A stretch of 13,813 nucleotides of DNA from Octopus sinensis. Taxonomy: Eukaryota. Positions within the stretch are counted from its first letter, which is position 1. Each line of letters begins with the position of its first letter. The notes beneath the pieces are model-generated. The model was not told where the DNA came from and did no database searches. It was given only the letters and a program-made list of their open reading frames with translations. The translations under genes were made by a program, and so were the position numbers. Of the stretch, positions 1-9,059 are shown piece by piece. The DNA lies in contig NW_021826049.1 in NCBI RefSeq assembly GCF_006345805.1, forward strand, positions 1 through 13,813. Direction: 5' to 3'.

Positions 1-18
1 ACAAATATATATAAATAT

Positions 19-49
<31 letters not shown>

Positions 50-699
50 CTATATATATATATGTATATATATATATATTATAACATAATTATATATATA
101 TATATAATATATATATACATATATATACATAATTACATGTGCATATTTAGGAATAGGTATGTGTGTATACGCACATACATAAGTATAAATATACATGCAT
201 ATATGTATACATATGTATATATGTATACATATGTGTGTGCGTTCTTGTGTTTGTATGTATACGCAAGTATATATGCTTAGACATATATATTCATTAGATA
301 TATATTACGGTATATAAATATATATATTACGGTATATAAATGTCTAAGCATATATACTTGCGTATACCTACAAACACAAAAACATACTCACACATATGTA
401 GACATATATACATATGTATTCATATATGCATGTATACATATATTATACATGTGTATATATATATGTATGTATATAAACATGTATATATATTATATACTTT
501 GAAATACTTGTGTATATACAGGATTGTCAGTGTTAGGGATGATATCCACTCAGCCAACACATGTTTGGCAGTCAGTGCGTGTACGTTTATTTGCGTGTCT
601 ATATATATATTTGTGTCTGTATGCATATGTATGTACGTGTATATATATATATGTGTGTGAGTGTGTGTGCGTGTGTGCGTGTGTATGTATGTATGTACG

Positions 700-733
<34 letters not shown>

Positions 734-842
734 TATGTATGTATGTATGTATATATATGTATGTATGTATGTACGTATATATGTATGCATATGTATGTAT
801 ATATGTATATATGTATATGTATGTATTATGTATGTATGTACG

Positions 843-876
<34 letters not shown>

Positions 877-960
877 TGTATGTATGTATGTATGTATGTA
901 TTTACGCATGTATGTTTGTATGGGTGCCTGTGTGAATGCGTACGTATATGTGTGCGCATG
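1..960. repeat. Compound microsatellite (TA)n/(TG)n/(TATG)n
   Basis: Seen directly: (TA)n at 1-125 and (TATG)n at ~684-900. The overlapping YI/MYVC/HTYI ORFs are translations of the repeat. Confidence 0.95.
190..436. repeat. Inverted repeat, ~95-bp arms (190-284 / 340-436)
   Basis: gttcttgtgtttgtatgtatacgcaagtatatatgcttagacat (241-284) is the near-exact reverse complement of atgtctaagcatatatacttgcgtatacctacaaacacaaaaac (340-383). The match continues outward with few mismatches. Confidence 0.85.
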
Positions 961-1250
961 TGTGATTCACTGTGTCAAATTCCTTAAATAATAGACCATT
1001 GTAGAAGAGATTCGAGAAATAAAATTTTTGAAATTTTCCTCTAATGGAAATCTAGACTTTCCAGAAGATTCTCCTCGATGGAAGCCAACCAAAAAAACTG
1101 ACAATAATGATTCATTTCCAAATTTCCTCCAAACCTAATTATCGAGGTGACACATGAATATACCATATTGTGATAAATTTACACAGGTGAAAAACGGCTT
1201 TCTTGTTGTTGGTGTTGTTGTCGTTGCTGTTATAATAACAGCAACAACAA

Positions 1251-1890
1251 GGAGGCGCAATGGCCCAGTGGTTAGGGCAGCGGACTCGCGGTCAGAGGAT
1301 CGCGGTTTCGATCCCCAGACCATAAGGCGGCGAGTTGGCAGAAACGTTAGCACGCCGGGCGAAATGCTTAGCGGTATTTTGTCTGCCGCTACGTTCTAAG
1401 TTCAAATTCTGCCGAGGTCGACTTTGCCTTTCATCCTTCCGGAGTCGATAAATTAAGTACCAGTTACGCACTGGGGTCGATGTAATCGACTTAATACCTA
1501 TGTCTGTCCTTGTTTGTCCCCTCTATGTTTAGCCCCTTGTGGGTAATACAGAAATAGGTTTCGATTCCCAGACCAGGCGTTGTGTGTGTTTATTGAACGA
1601 AAACATCTAAAGCTCCACGAGGCTCCGGCAGGGGGTTGAGGGGGTGGCGACACCTGTTGTACTCTTTCGCTCCAACTTTCTCTCCCTCTTTCTTCCTGTT
1701 TCTTGTCCCCGACTTCCTACGCAACCGCTGAACCTGGATGCGCATTCATCCATCCGTTGGTGCTCTCGGGGTCGGGGGTTGACCTGATTTCTCTTCTGTG
1801 GATCTTACGATAGCAAAGGACCACTTTTCGGACTTCTCCCACTAGCTCTGAGACGAAGACCGCTTCGCTCAACAAACAAAACAAACAAAC
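1251..1890 (+). mobile_element. tRNA-derived SINE family A (tRNA-Arg-like head, resembles octopus OR SINEs), interrupted by a family B SINE
   Basis: A box tggcccagtgg (1261-1271), B-box-like ggtttcgatccc (1304-1315), head and body shared with copies at 2652-2957, 11770-11918 and 12284-12572, (AAAC)n tail 1871-1890. The OR name is from recognition only. Confidence 0.85.
1323..1556 (+). mobile_element. SINE family B, full length, nested in family A head
   Basis: Near-identical to 11928-12161 and 6428-6613. Flanked by a 19-bp direct repeat ggtttcgatYcccagacca (1304-1322, 1557-1575, one mismatch). Confidence 0.9.
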
Positions 1891-1900
1891 AGCAATAAAC

Positions 1901-1947
1901 AATAATAATAATAATAATAGTAGTAATTATCATCATCATCATCATCA

Positions 1948-2029
<82 letters not shown>

Positions 2030-2039
2030 GTTATTATTA

Positions 2040-2086
<47 letters not shown>
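1901..2086. repeat. Trinucleotide microsatellites (AAT)n-(ATC)n-(ATT)n
   Basis: Seen directly. The (ATT)n run spans ~1950-2086. Confidence 0.95.
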
Positions 2087-2575
2087 GAGTCAGCTATCAA
2101 TGCATGCCAACATTCTGACACTGGGGTAAAATATACGAAGCCCAGTATACTCATCATGACTACCCGTCTGATAAGGATACACAAGGCACAAGCATCACGA
2201 CCATAAGTGCGCGACATAGTGATCTCATATAAAGAGCGCATGACCTTGCAGGTGGGGCTCAGTTAGAATTTTCTTCTGGTCGGGTAGCCTCTCCCGCTCA
2301 AAAGTTCCCTGAATAAGAGTTGTTTAAGGATGTTGAACAAAACACTCATGTTTCCGGAGGTGAATTATCCAAGCCTTAAAGAATTCCTCTCGACACATGG
2401 CTATGATGCTCTCCCAGTACTTCTACTCGTGATCAGAAGTACCGATCGTCAGCCACTAAGGGACCTGCTCAAATGGTTAATATCAAACAACTGACAAACA
2501 ATTCTGTGGTATTGAGTAGAATATTTGTTGCACCCATCTTTTACACCAAGACAAAACAATGGACACAGGGGCCTG
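2087..2575 (-). mobile_element. Putative 3' part of a non-LTR retroposon ending in a (TAA)n tail
   Basis: Complex, higher-GC block abutting the long (ATT)n run, which reads as a (TAA)n tail on the minus strand. No recognisable protein. Inference only. Confidence 0.4.
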
Positions 2576-2651
2576 CGTATCTGTTTCTCAACCCTCCCAG
2601 TAAACATACACACAAGCATATATATATATATATATATATATACGTATATAT

Positions 2652-2956
2652 ATCACCGTGAACACCATGACCAACCAGGCTATCAGATGTTGCTACACAT
2701 CGCTGGTCATAATGCGCTTCACATTGTTTTAGCCTTCAAATGACGCCACCCCACTGGTTAAGTGAGCAGGCCAACAGAAGAAAGAGTAAGAGAAAGTTGT
2801 GGCGAAAGAGTACAGCAGGGATCGCCACCACCCCCTGCGTGAGGCTGGTGGAGCTTTAGGTGTTTTCGCTCAATAAACACTCACAACGCCCGTCTGAGAA
2901 TCGAAACTGCGATCCTACGACCGCGAGTCCGCGCCCTACCACTGGGCTATGCACTC

Positions 2957-2957
<1 letters not shown>
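2652..2957 (-). mobile_element. SINE family A head/body with a different 3' tail
   Basis: Reverse complement reads ggagtgcatagcccagtggtagggcgcggactcgcggtcgtaggatcgcagtttcgattctcag...gtactctttcgccacaactttctc, then a tail (2652-2775) unrelated to that of the 1251 copy. Confidence 0.85.
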
Positions 2958-3026
<69 letters not shown>

Positions 3027-3080
3027 ATACATACATACATATATACATATATACATACATACATACATATATATACATGC

Positions 3081-3136
<56 letters not shown>

Positions 3137-3249
3137 ATGTATTTAGGTATGTATGTATGTATGTATATGTATATACATACATATATATATACTTACAAAC
3201 ATACATATATGTCTGTGCGTGTGTGTGTGTGTATGTATGTATATATATA
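2958..3249. repeat. Compound microsatellite (CA)n/(TA)n/(TACA)n/(TATG)n
   Basis: Seen directly. Confidence 0.9.
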
Positions 3250-3410
3250 ACTCGAGCTTTTCGCAATTTCGGTCTACCAAATTCACTCGCAAGACTATGA
3301 TCGTCCTGACGGTATAGTAGAAGTCGAAATTTGCCAAGGGTACCACTCAGTGGGACTGAACCCGTAAACATGTGTTTACAATCCTCTTATTATACATCCA
3401 CACTTGTGCT
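3250..3410 (-). mobile_element. Diverged 5' half of SINE family C
   Basis: gtctaccaaattcactcgcaag...tatagtagaag...cagtgggactgaaccc aligns by eye to 3750-3912 and 5888-6050 with many substitutions. Confidence 0.75.
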
Positions 3411-3514
3411 TATGTATTTATTCAACTATTATAATACCTTGCCGTAGCTGAAATAGGAAAGAAAGCGCAGTGTTTCTATACTATTGACGCACGAATAATA
3501 GTACGGAAAGAATA

Positions 3515-3913
3515 TACTCTTTTACTTTTTTCAGTCATTTGCCTGTGGCCATGCTGGAGCACCGCCTTTAAGTCGAGCAATTCCACCCAGGACTTATTCT
3601 TTGTAAGCCAAGTACTTATTCTATTGGTCTCTTTTGCTGAACCGCTATGTTACGGTGACGTAAACACACCAGTGTTAAGCGATGTTGGGGGGACAAACAT
3701 AGATACACAAACATATACACACACATATATATATATAATATACATATATACGACGGGATTCTTTCAGTTTCCGCCTACCACATCCACTCACAAGGCTTTA
3801 GTTGACCCGAGGCTATAGTAAAAGACACTTGCCCAAGGTGCCACGCAGTGGGACTGAACCCGGAACCATATGGTTGGTAAAACAAGCTACTTACCACACA
3901 GCCACTCCTACGC
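3515..3913 (-). mobile_element. tRNA-derived SINE family C with internal (CA)/(TA) microsatellite
   Basis: Collinear with 5638-6052. Minus strand has A box tggctgtgtgg, B box ggttcagtccc, a CORE-like accttgggcaagtg and an aaaagagta tail. Possible degenerate TSD aaagaatat/aaagaaaatat (3507-3515, 3914-3924). Confidence 0.88.
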
Positions 3914-4035
3914 AAAGAAAATATGCCTAAATTCTTATATAACCCAAGGAGGGCTTTATATTTATTTCAGGTATTTTTTTAATATTTTATCTTTCGTTGT
4001 GCATGAAAATACATATAGAGATCTCTGTATTGAAG

Positions 4036-4258
4036 AGACTATTAGATATCTTTATACACCGCTGATCACAATGCTCCTACTTACGTTGCTGTGCATTCAA
4101 ATGCTGCTACCCCACTGGTAAGGTGGACAAGTCAACACTAGCCACTGAATTGGAACGCCAATCCAACCCAGAGTCACAGATTTACTGTTGAATGGGCTGG
4201 AGCAACTTGAACAAGGCTCTGCTACTTGAGAATCGAAATCATGTTCTTGCGCTCGTCA
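4036..4258 (-). mobile_element. Old degenerate SINE sharing the tail of the 2652 copy
   Basis: acaccgctgatcacaatgc...ttcaaatgctgctaccccactggtaaggtggacaagtcaac matches 2697-2775, and gagaatcgaaa matches the B-box region at ~2897-2907. The middle differs (CORE-like ctggagcaac). Confidence 0.6.
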
Positions 4259-4276
4259 TTCGTACATACTTACACA

Positions 4277-4335
4277 TATTGTACACATACGCACACACAG
4301 ACGCATACACACACACATACACACACACACAGACA

Positions 4336-4401
<66 letters not shown>

Positions 4402-4452
4402 GCATGTATGTGTGTAAGTACTTGTGTGACACAAGAAACTACGGATATATGG

Positions 4453-4484
<32 letters not shown>

Positions 4485-4579
4485 TATATAAATATGGATA
4501 TATATATATATATTATATATATTATATATATATATAATATATATATATATATGGATATATATATATGGATATTATATAT

Positions 4580-4627
<48 letters not shown>

Positions 4628-4656
4628 GGATATATATATATGGTATATATATATAT

Positions 4657-4692
<36 letters not shown>

Positions 4693-4730
4693 ATATATAT
4701 ATATATATATATATGTATTATGTATGTATG
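4277..4730. repeat. Compound microsatellite (CA)n/(TA)n with recurrent GG interruptions
   Basis: Seen directly. ggatat recurs about ten times between 4443 and 4696. Confidence 0.9.
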
Positions 4731-4847
4731 TTGTATGCATTATGATAAGAGTGTATGCAGGATATATACTCATAGACGGGCGCGAAAGCGTGGAAGAAAC
4801 GAAGGTAATCAACAACTAAACACACAGACAAAAAGCAAAGAAAATTA

Positions 4848-4887
4848 AGATGGTGAACAGTTTCAGGTTACACCATCAGCGACATCT
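4848..4887 (-). ncRNA. Possible degenerate type I hammerhead ribozyme
   Basis: Minus strand agatgtcg CTGATG gtgtaacct GAAA ctgTT caccatct. The core lacks A9 and stem I has two mismatches. A plain hairpin (gatggtg/caccatc) is an alternative explanation. Confidence 0.3.
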
Positions 4888-5175
4888 AGCGTTGGAGTCT
4901 TTCAACTAAGAGGATGTAACAAATATAATTAAAATACACATTTTTAACGAAAATTCGAATTTAATTTCCGTTCAGACGTAATTCAAAATGTGAAAAGACC
5001 GGAAGTTCTTTCGTTTCAATTAATTATGAAGCTAACCATTGTAACTAACACAGCCAGGGCATGTAGTTAATGTCACCTGATATTACAGCCATATTATAAG
5101 GTCTGTGCTTATAGTAACTGTGTAAACATATGTTGACACACCAGCAGGCGTATGTACACATAGGTACATGCATGA

Positions 5176-5275
5176 ATACATACATACAAACATACATACA
5201 TACATACATACATACATACATACATACATACATACATACATACATACTTACATACATACATGCATACATACATAT
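5176..5275. repeat. (TACA)n microsatellite
   Basis: Seen directly. Confidence 0.95.
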
Positions 5276-5421
5276 ATCGGTCCACCAACGCACATATCTC
5301 TATGAGATATTTAGAAATTTAATATTTCTGATTTTGGTGATCAATGAATAAACTTCACTGAAAATATATATATATAATTACGAAGTCTAGACAGAAATCT
5401 TCAGCTAGCAGGCCTTGCTAC

Positions 5422-5467
5422 TCTAGACTGATGATGGGCAAGCCCCTGAAACATGCGTGTCTCTAGA
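5422..5467 (+). ncRNA. Type I hammerhead ribozyme, intact core, GUC cleavage triplet
   Basis: tctaga (stem I) CTGATGA (5428-5434) tgggcaagcccct (stem II) GAAA (5448-5451) cat-gc-gtg (stem III) TC, then tctaga (stem I partner). Predicted cut after 5461. Confidence 0.85.
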
Positions 5468-5637
5468 TGCAGGCCTAGATGTTGGGGGTGTTTGTCTCCC
5501 CTTCGTAAATATATAAGGTCTCAGGAAATGTGTCAAGGCCGACAAGAAGCGTCGATGCTTCCTAGGGCTAAACAGCGGTGAGGTAATTCCCTTTATGGGA
5601 CTGTCACGTTAAGTTGACAGTATACAACCACTATATA

Positions 5638-5847
5638 TACTCTTTACTCTTTTACTTGTTTCAGTCATTTGACTGCGACCATGCTGGAGCACTGCCTTTA
5701 GTCGAGCAAATCGACACCGGGACTTATTCTTTGTAAGCCCAGTACTTATTCTATCGGTCTCTTTTGCCGAACCGCTAGGTGACGGGGACGTAAACACACA
5801 AGCATCGGTTGTCAAGCAATGCTAGGGGGACAAACACAGAGACACAA

Positions 5848-5880
<33 letters not shown>

Positions 5881-6052
5881 CATATATACGACAGGCTTCT
5901 TTCAGTTTCCGTCTACCAAATCCACTCACAAGGCATTGGTCGGCCCGGGGCTATAGCAGAAGACACTTGCCCAAGTTGCCACGCAGTGGGACTGAACCCG
6001 GAACCCATGGTTTGGTTAGCAAGCTACTTACCACACAGCCACTCCTGCGCCT
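5638..6052 (-). mobile_element. tRNA-derived SINE family C, full length
   Basis: Collinear with 3515-3913, with internal microsatellite 5845-5888, tail (aagagt)x2 on the minus strand, and ctatatata on both sides (5631-5639, 6051-6059). Confidence 0.9.
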
Positions 6053-6427
6053 ATATATATATATATATATAATATAATATAGTATATATCATATGTATAT
6101 ATCTTATGTACGTATGTATGTGTATAGTCTTGTGAGTGTAATTAATGTATTTATGCGTGTATCTCTATTTAGACATCTATATATACATACATATACACTA
6201 AAATACATACACATAAACGTACACGCAAACGCCCATACACACACGCACACACATACACACAAGCACGCACAAAAAGACACACACACACAACACATTATTG
6301 TGGGGTATGCCGGTTTATGGGGTTACTCTGGGTTTCTCGCTCATAAGAGGTTTAGTCTTTCGGCGTGTCTTGAGATCCCGGCCTACCCTACTATTACATT
6401 AACTCCTCTACATCTTAGAGTGTGCTT

Positions 6428-6613
6428 CGCCGGGCGAAATGCTTAGCGGTATTTCATCTGCCATTACGTTCTGAGTTCAAATTCCGCCGAGGTCGACTTT
6501 GCCTTTCATCCTTTCGGGGTCGATAAATTAAGTACCAGTAACGCACTGGGGTCGATGTAATCGACTTAATCCCTTTGTCTCTCCTTGTTTGTACCCTCTA
6601 TGTTTAGCCCCTT
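6428..6613 (+). mobile_element. SINE family B, truncated at both ends
   Basis: cgccgggcgaaatgcttagcgg...gtcgactttgcctttcatcctttcggggtcgataaattaagtaccag...tttagcccctt, as in the other two copies. Confidence 0.88.
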
Positions 6614-6669
6614 AACCCGGCTTAAATGAAAAAATAAGCATCTCAAGAGTGTGGTGTAAAAGATAAAAC

Positions 6670-6769
6670 ATATATGCATGTGTGTATGTATGCATGTATG
6701 AGAGTGTATATGTAATATACATAAACACACACACCTATGCACATGCAGACATGTATATTTATATGCATA

Positions 6770-6808
<39 letters not shown>

Positions 6809-6827
6809 ATGTATATATATATATATA

Positions 6828-6866
<39 letters not shown>

Positions 6867-6949
6867 CCGTGTACATATATGTATATACGTGCTTGTACGG
6901 TGTGTGTTGTGTTTGTTTAAATATATATGGGCTGTAATCTGATTCTCAA

Positions 6950-6996
<47 letters not shown>

Positions 6997-7029
6997 TACA
7001 TACACAACACCTATTCACATATATATGTT

Positions 7030-7061
<32 letters not shown>

Positions 7062-7157
7062 TATTGCTTATATACATATACATTCGTAAATACATACATG
7101 TAAATATATATACATATATGTATATATATATATATATTATATATATATATATATATG
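6670..7157. repeat. Compound (TA)n-rich microsatellite
   Basis: Seen directly. Confidence 0.9.
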
Positions 7158-7176
7158 TTACATTACTCGGTAGTCA

Positions 7177-7239
7177 AGATAAAACTCTGAGTTTCAGATG
7201 CCGAAGTGGAAATCCACAACACCATCTCTTCGGTTATCT
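7177..7239 (-). ncRNA. Variant minimal type I hammerhead in PLE pLTR
   Basis: Minus strand agataa CCGAAGA gatggtgttgtggatttccacttcggcatc t GAAA ctc-a-gag TT ttatct: 6-bp stem I, long stem II, GUU triplet, core U4 replaced by C. Confidence 0.65.
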
Positions 7240-7430
7240 GGCTATTTGAAAACGTTATGAAAAAATACCGTTAAAAATGAAGGGAAATTACTCTGTTATA
7301 ACTCTGCTTTGCCTGCGTACTTATACATCGCTCGCATTTTTCGTCATAAAATTATATAAAAATACATAAAATAGATAAAAATATTAAAATATATAAAATC
7401 TTCTTGGGACATAACACAGAAAGCATGTTT

Positions 7431-8075
7431 CTATCCGTTTTCTTTAGGGACCAAAAACGTAACAGAAATTTAGTCCACATGTGGGCATGATCCGAAAGCT
7501 CTGTCCTTGTATTTAGACATGTGGTAGGGTCTAAGCTGCTTTTCCAGATAAGCCATCTCTCCATGTCGCATAAACCGCACCTTCCGCTGCCGTTAGTAAG
7601 GGCTTACATCTGGCCAAAATCTTCCATTGTATGTTTAATCGACACCTTTATCTCTTAAAGACCAAATATTATTGGATAATTGTGCCGCTTTTCTTTTGTT
7701 CCAGTGCCTAAAGCTCAAAGTGTGGTTATTGAACCTGGCCTTGAAATTACCCTCTGTCAGGCCACGTATTTCTTCGTCGAAACGGTGTCTTTAGTGGTTA
7801 TAGAGTTTACGGTAGCTTCATATATGATGGTCTTGGGACATGCACTCCATTAGCGGGCACAATTCTTTATTCCTGCATGAACAGCTGTTTTCTTCTTGTG
7901 TTTTTTGTATGTTATGATTGATTATGTTTTTAAAATTGGTAGTTGAACTAAAACTAATTTTTAAATTGTGTCTATTGAAGAGTTTCCTATAAGCATGGTT
8001 AACTGGAAAATGTCTATCTATCAGTGCTAGGAAATATTTACCTATATTGAAGGCCACCTCGGGTGAGTAAGGGGG
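7431..8075 (-). pseudogene. Frameshifted PLE ORF C-terminus: linker, Cys motif and GIY-YIG endonuclease (Naiad-like)
   Basis: Joining frames gives PPYSPEVAFNIGKYFLALIDRHFP..KLFNRHNLKISFS..CSCRNKELCPL..C..KTIIYEATV..KKYVGLTEGNFKARFNNH..WKILARCKPYTNGSGRCGLCDMERWLI..LNTRTEL(F)GSCPH. Several single-base indels must be corrected. Confidence 0.85.
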
Positions 8076-8260
8076 CCAGATGTAAGCCCTATACTAACGG
8101 CAGCGGAAGGTGCGGTTTATGCGACATGGAGAGATGGCTTATCTGGAAAAGCAGCTTAGACCCTACCACATGTCTAAATACAAGGACAGAGCTTTTCGGA
8201 TCATGCCCACATGTGACTAAATTGCTGTTACGTTTTTGGTCCCCTAAAGAAAACGGATAG
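8074..8260 (+). pseudogene. Inverted duplicate of the PLE endonuclease C-terminus
   Basis: ORF 8063..8260 contains ARCKPYTNGSGRCGLCDMERWLIWKSSLDPTTCLNTRTELFGSCPHVTKLLLRFWSPKENG*. Confidence 0.85.
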
Positions 8261-8452
8261 AACATGCTTTCTGTGTTATGTCCCAAGAAGATTTTATATA
8301 TTTTTTATATATTTATATATTTTTATGTATTTTTATATAATTTTTATGACGAAAAATGCGAGCGATGTATAAGTACGCAGGCAAAGCAGAGTTATAACAG
8401 AGTAATTTCCCTTCATTTTTACGGTATTTTTTCATAACGTTTTCAAATAGCC

Positions 8453-8514
8453 AGATAACCGAAGAGATGGTGTTGTGGATATCCACTTCGGCATCTGAAA
8501 CTCAGATTTTATCT
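8453..8514 (+). ncRNA. Second copy of the variant hammerhead, missing one G in stem III
   Basis: agataa CCGAAGA gatggtgttgtggatatccacttcggcatc t GAAA ctcaga ttttatct. Differs from the left copy by a 1-nt deletion (ctcagagtttt vs ctcagatttt) and one loop II base. Confidence 0.55.
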
Positions 8515-8613
8515 TGACTACCGAGTAATGTAAATATTGTATATAGATAATTTCCTCTATTTACATAATATTGAGGTCTCTTTCTTTCTTTTGTTTATCT
8601 TACCGTTTTATCA

Positions 8614-8701
8614 ATATATATATATATATATATAATATATATATGATATATATATATATATATATATATGTACATATATATATATGTAATATCTATGTAT
8701 G

Positions 8702-8735
<34 letters not shown>

Positions 8736-8780
8736 TGTATGTATGTATGTATGTATATATGTGTGTGTGTATGTATGTAT
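8614..8780. repeat. (TA)n/(TATG)n microsatellite
   Basis: Seen directly. Confidence 0.92.
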
Positions 8781-9059
8781 TCATTCAAGTACCCGAAGTC
8801 TTCGTTGGTTTTTGTGTCCGCGATTTATGTACAAGAACGATTGATTGCGAATATTGATGAGCTCTGAAAAGCACACTGCATTACGTATGTATGTAGGTCA
8901 TCAATGTATTATTTATATGATCGAGTTTATTGCCACTCATGCTGTTGAGTGTGCGTCTTGTTGAAGGACCTGGCGACATATTGACAAATGTGCGTGTTTG
9001 TGCTGCTGGTCTTCAAGACAGTAATACACGCAACCTGATGCTTCTGCTGTTGCTGTTGT

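Larger units (their letters stand above)
7158..8612. mobile_element. Penelope-like element: 5'-truncated minus-strand copy joined to an inverted copy of its 3' end/pLTR
   Basis: Arms 7158-7615 and 8074-8533 are reverse complements. Minus-strand GIY-YIG coding, hammerhead motifs in both arms. The right boundary (8612) is approximate. Confidence 0.9.

Noticed and set aside
62-991. Long ORFs rich in YI, MYVC and HTYI here and throughout the window
   Set aside because: Stop-free translations of TA, TATG and CA microsatellites with no protein signal.
975-1140. Possible host exon: short open frames on both strands (TIVEEIREIKFLKF... / VWRKFGNESLL...)
   Set aside because: About 50 codons, no recognisable domain and weak splice signals. 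Needs RNA-seq or homology.
1251-1322. tRNA gene (also 11770 and 12284)
   Set aside because: No clean cloverleaf or terminator, and each continues into a repeated SINE body.
7152-7163. PLE terminus tatatgttacat matching the minisatellite unit
   Set aside because: A 12-bp AT-rich match that partly overlaps a TA run and is plausible by chance.
7818-7820. TGA ending ORF 7818..8057 as selenocysteine
   Set aside because: It arises from a frameshift. The correct frame reads tat gaa (IIYE of the GIY motif), not a Cys position.
8341-8400. SECIS element (atgac...aa...gag) in the PLE 3' UTR
   Set aside because: Could not build the required helix II and apical loop geometry by eye, and no in-frame UGA is visible.
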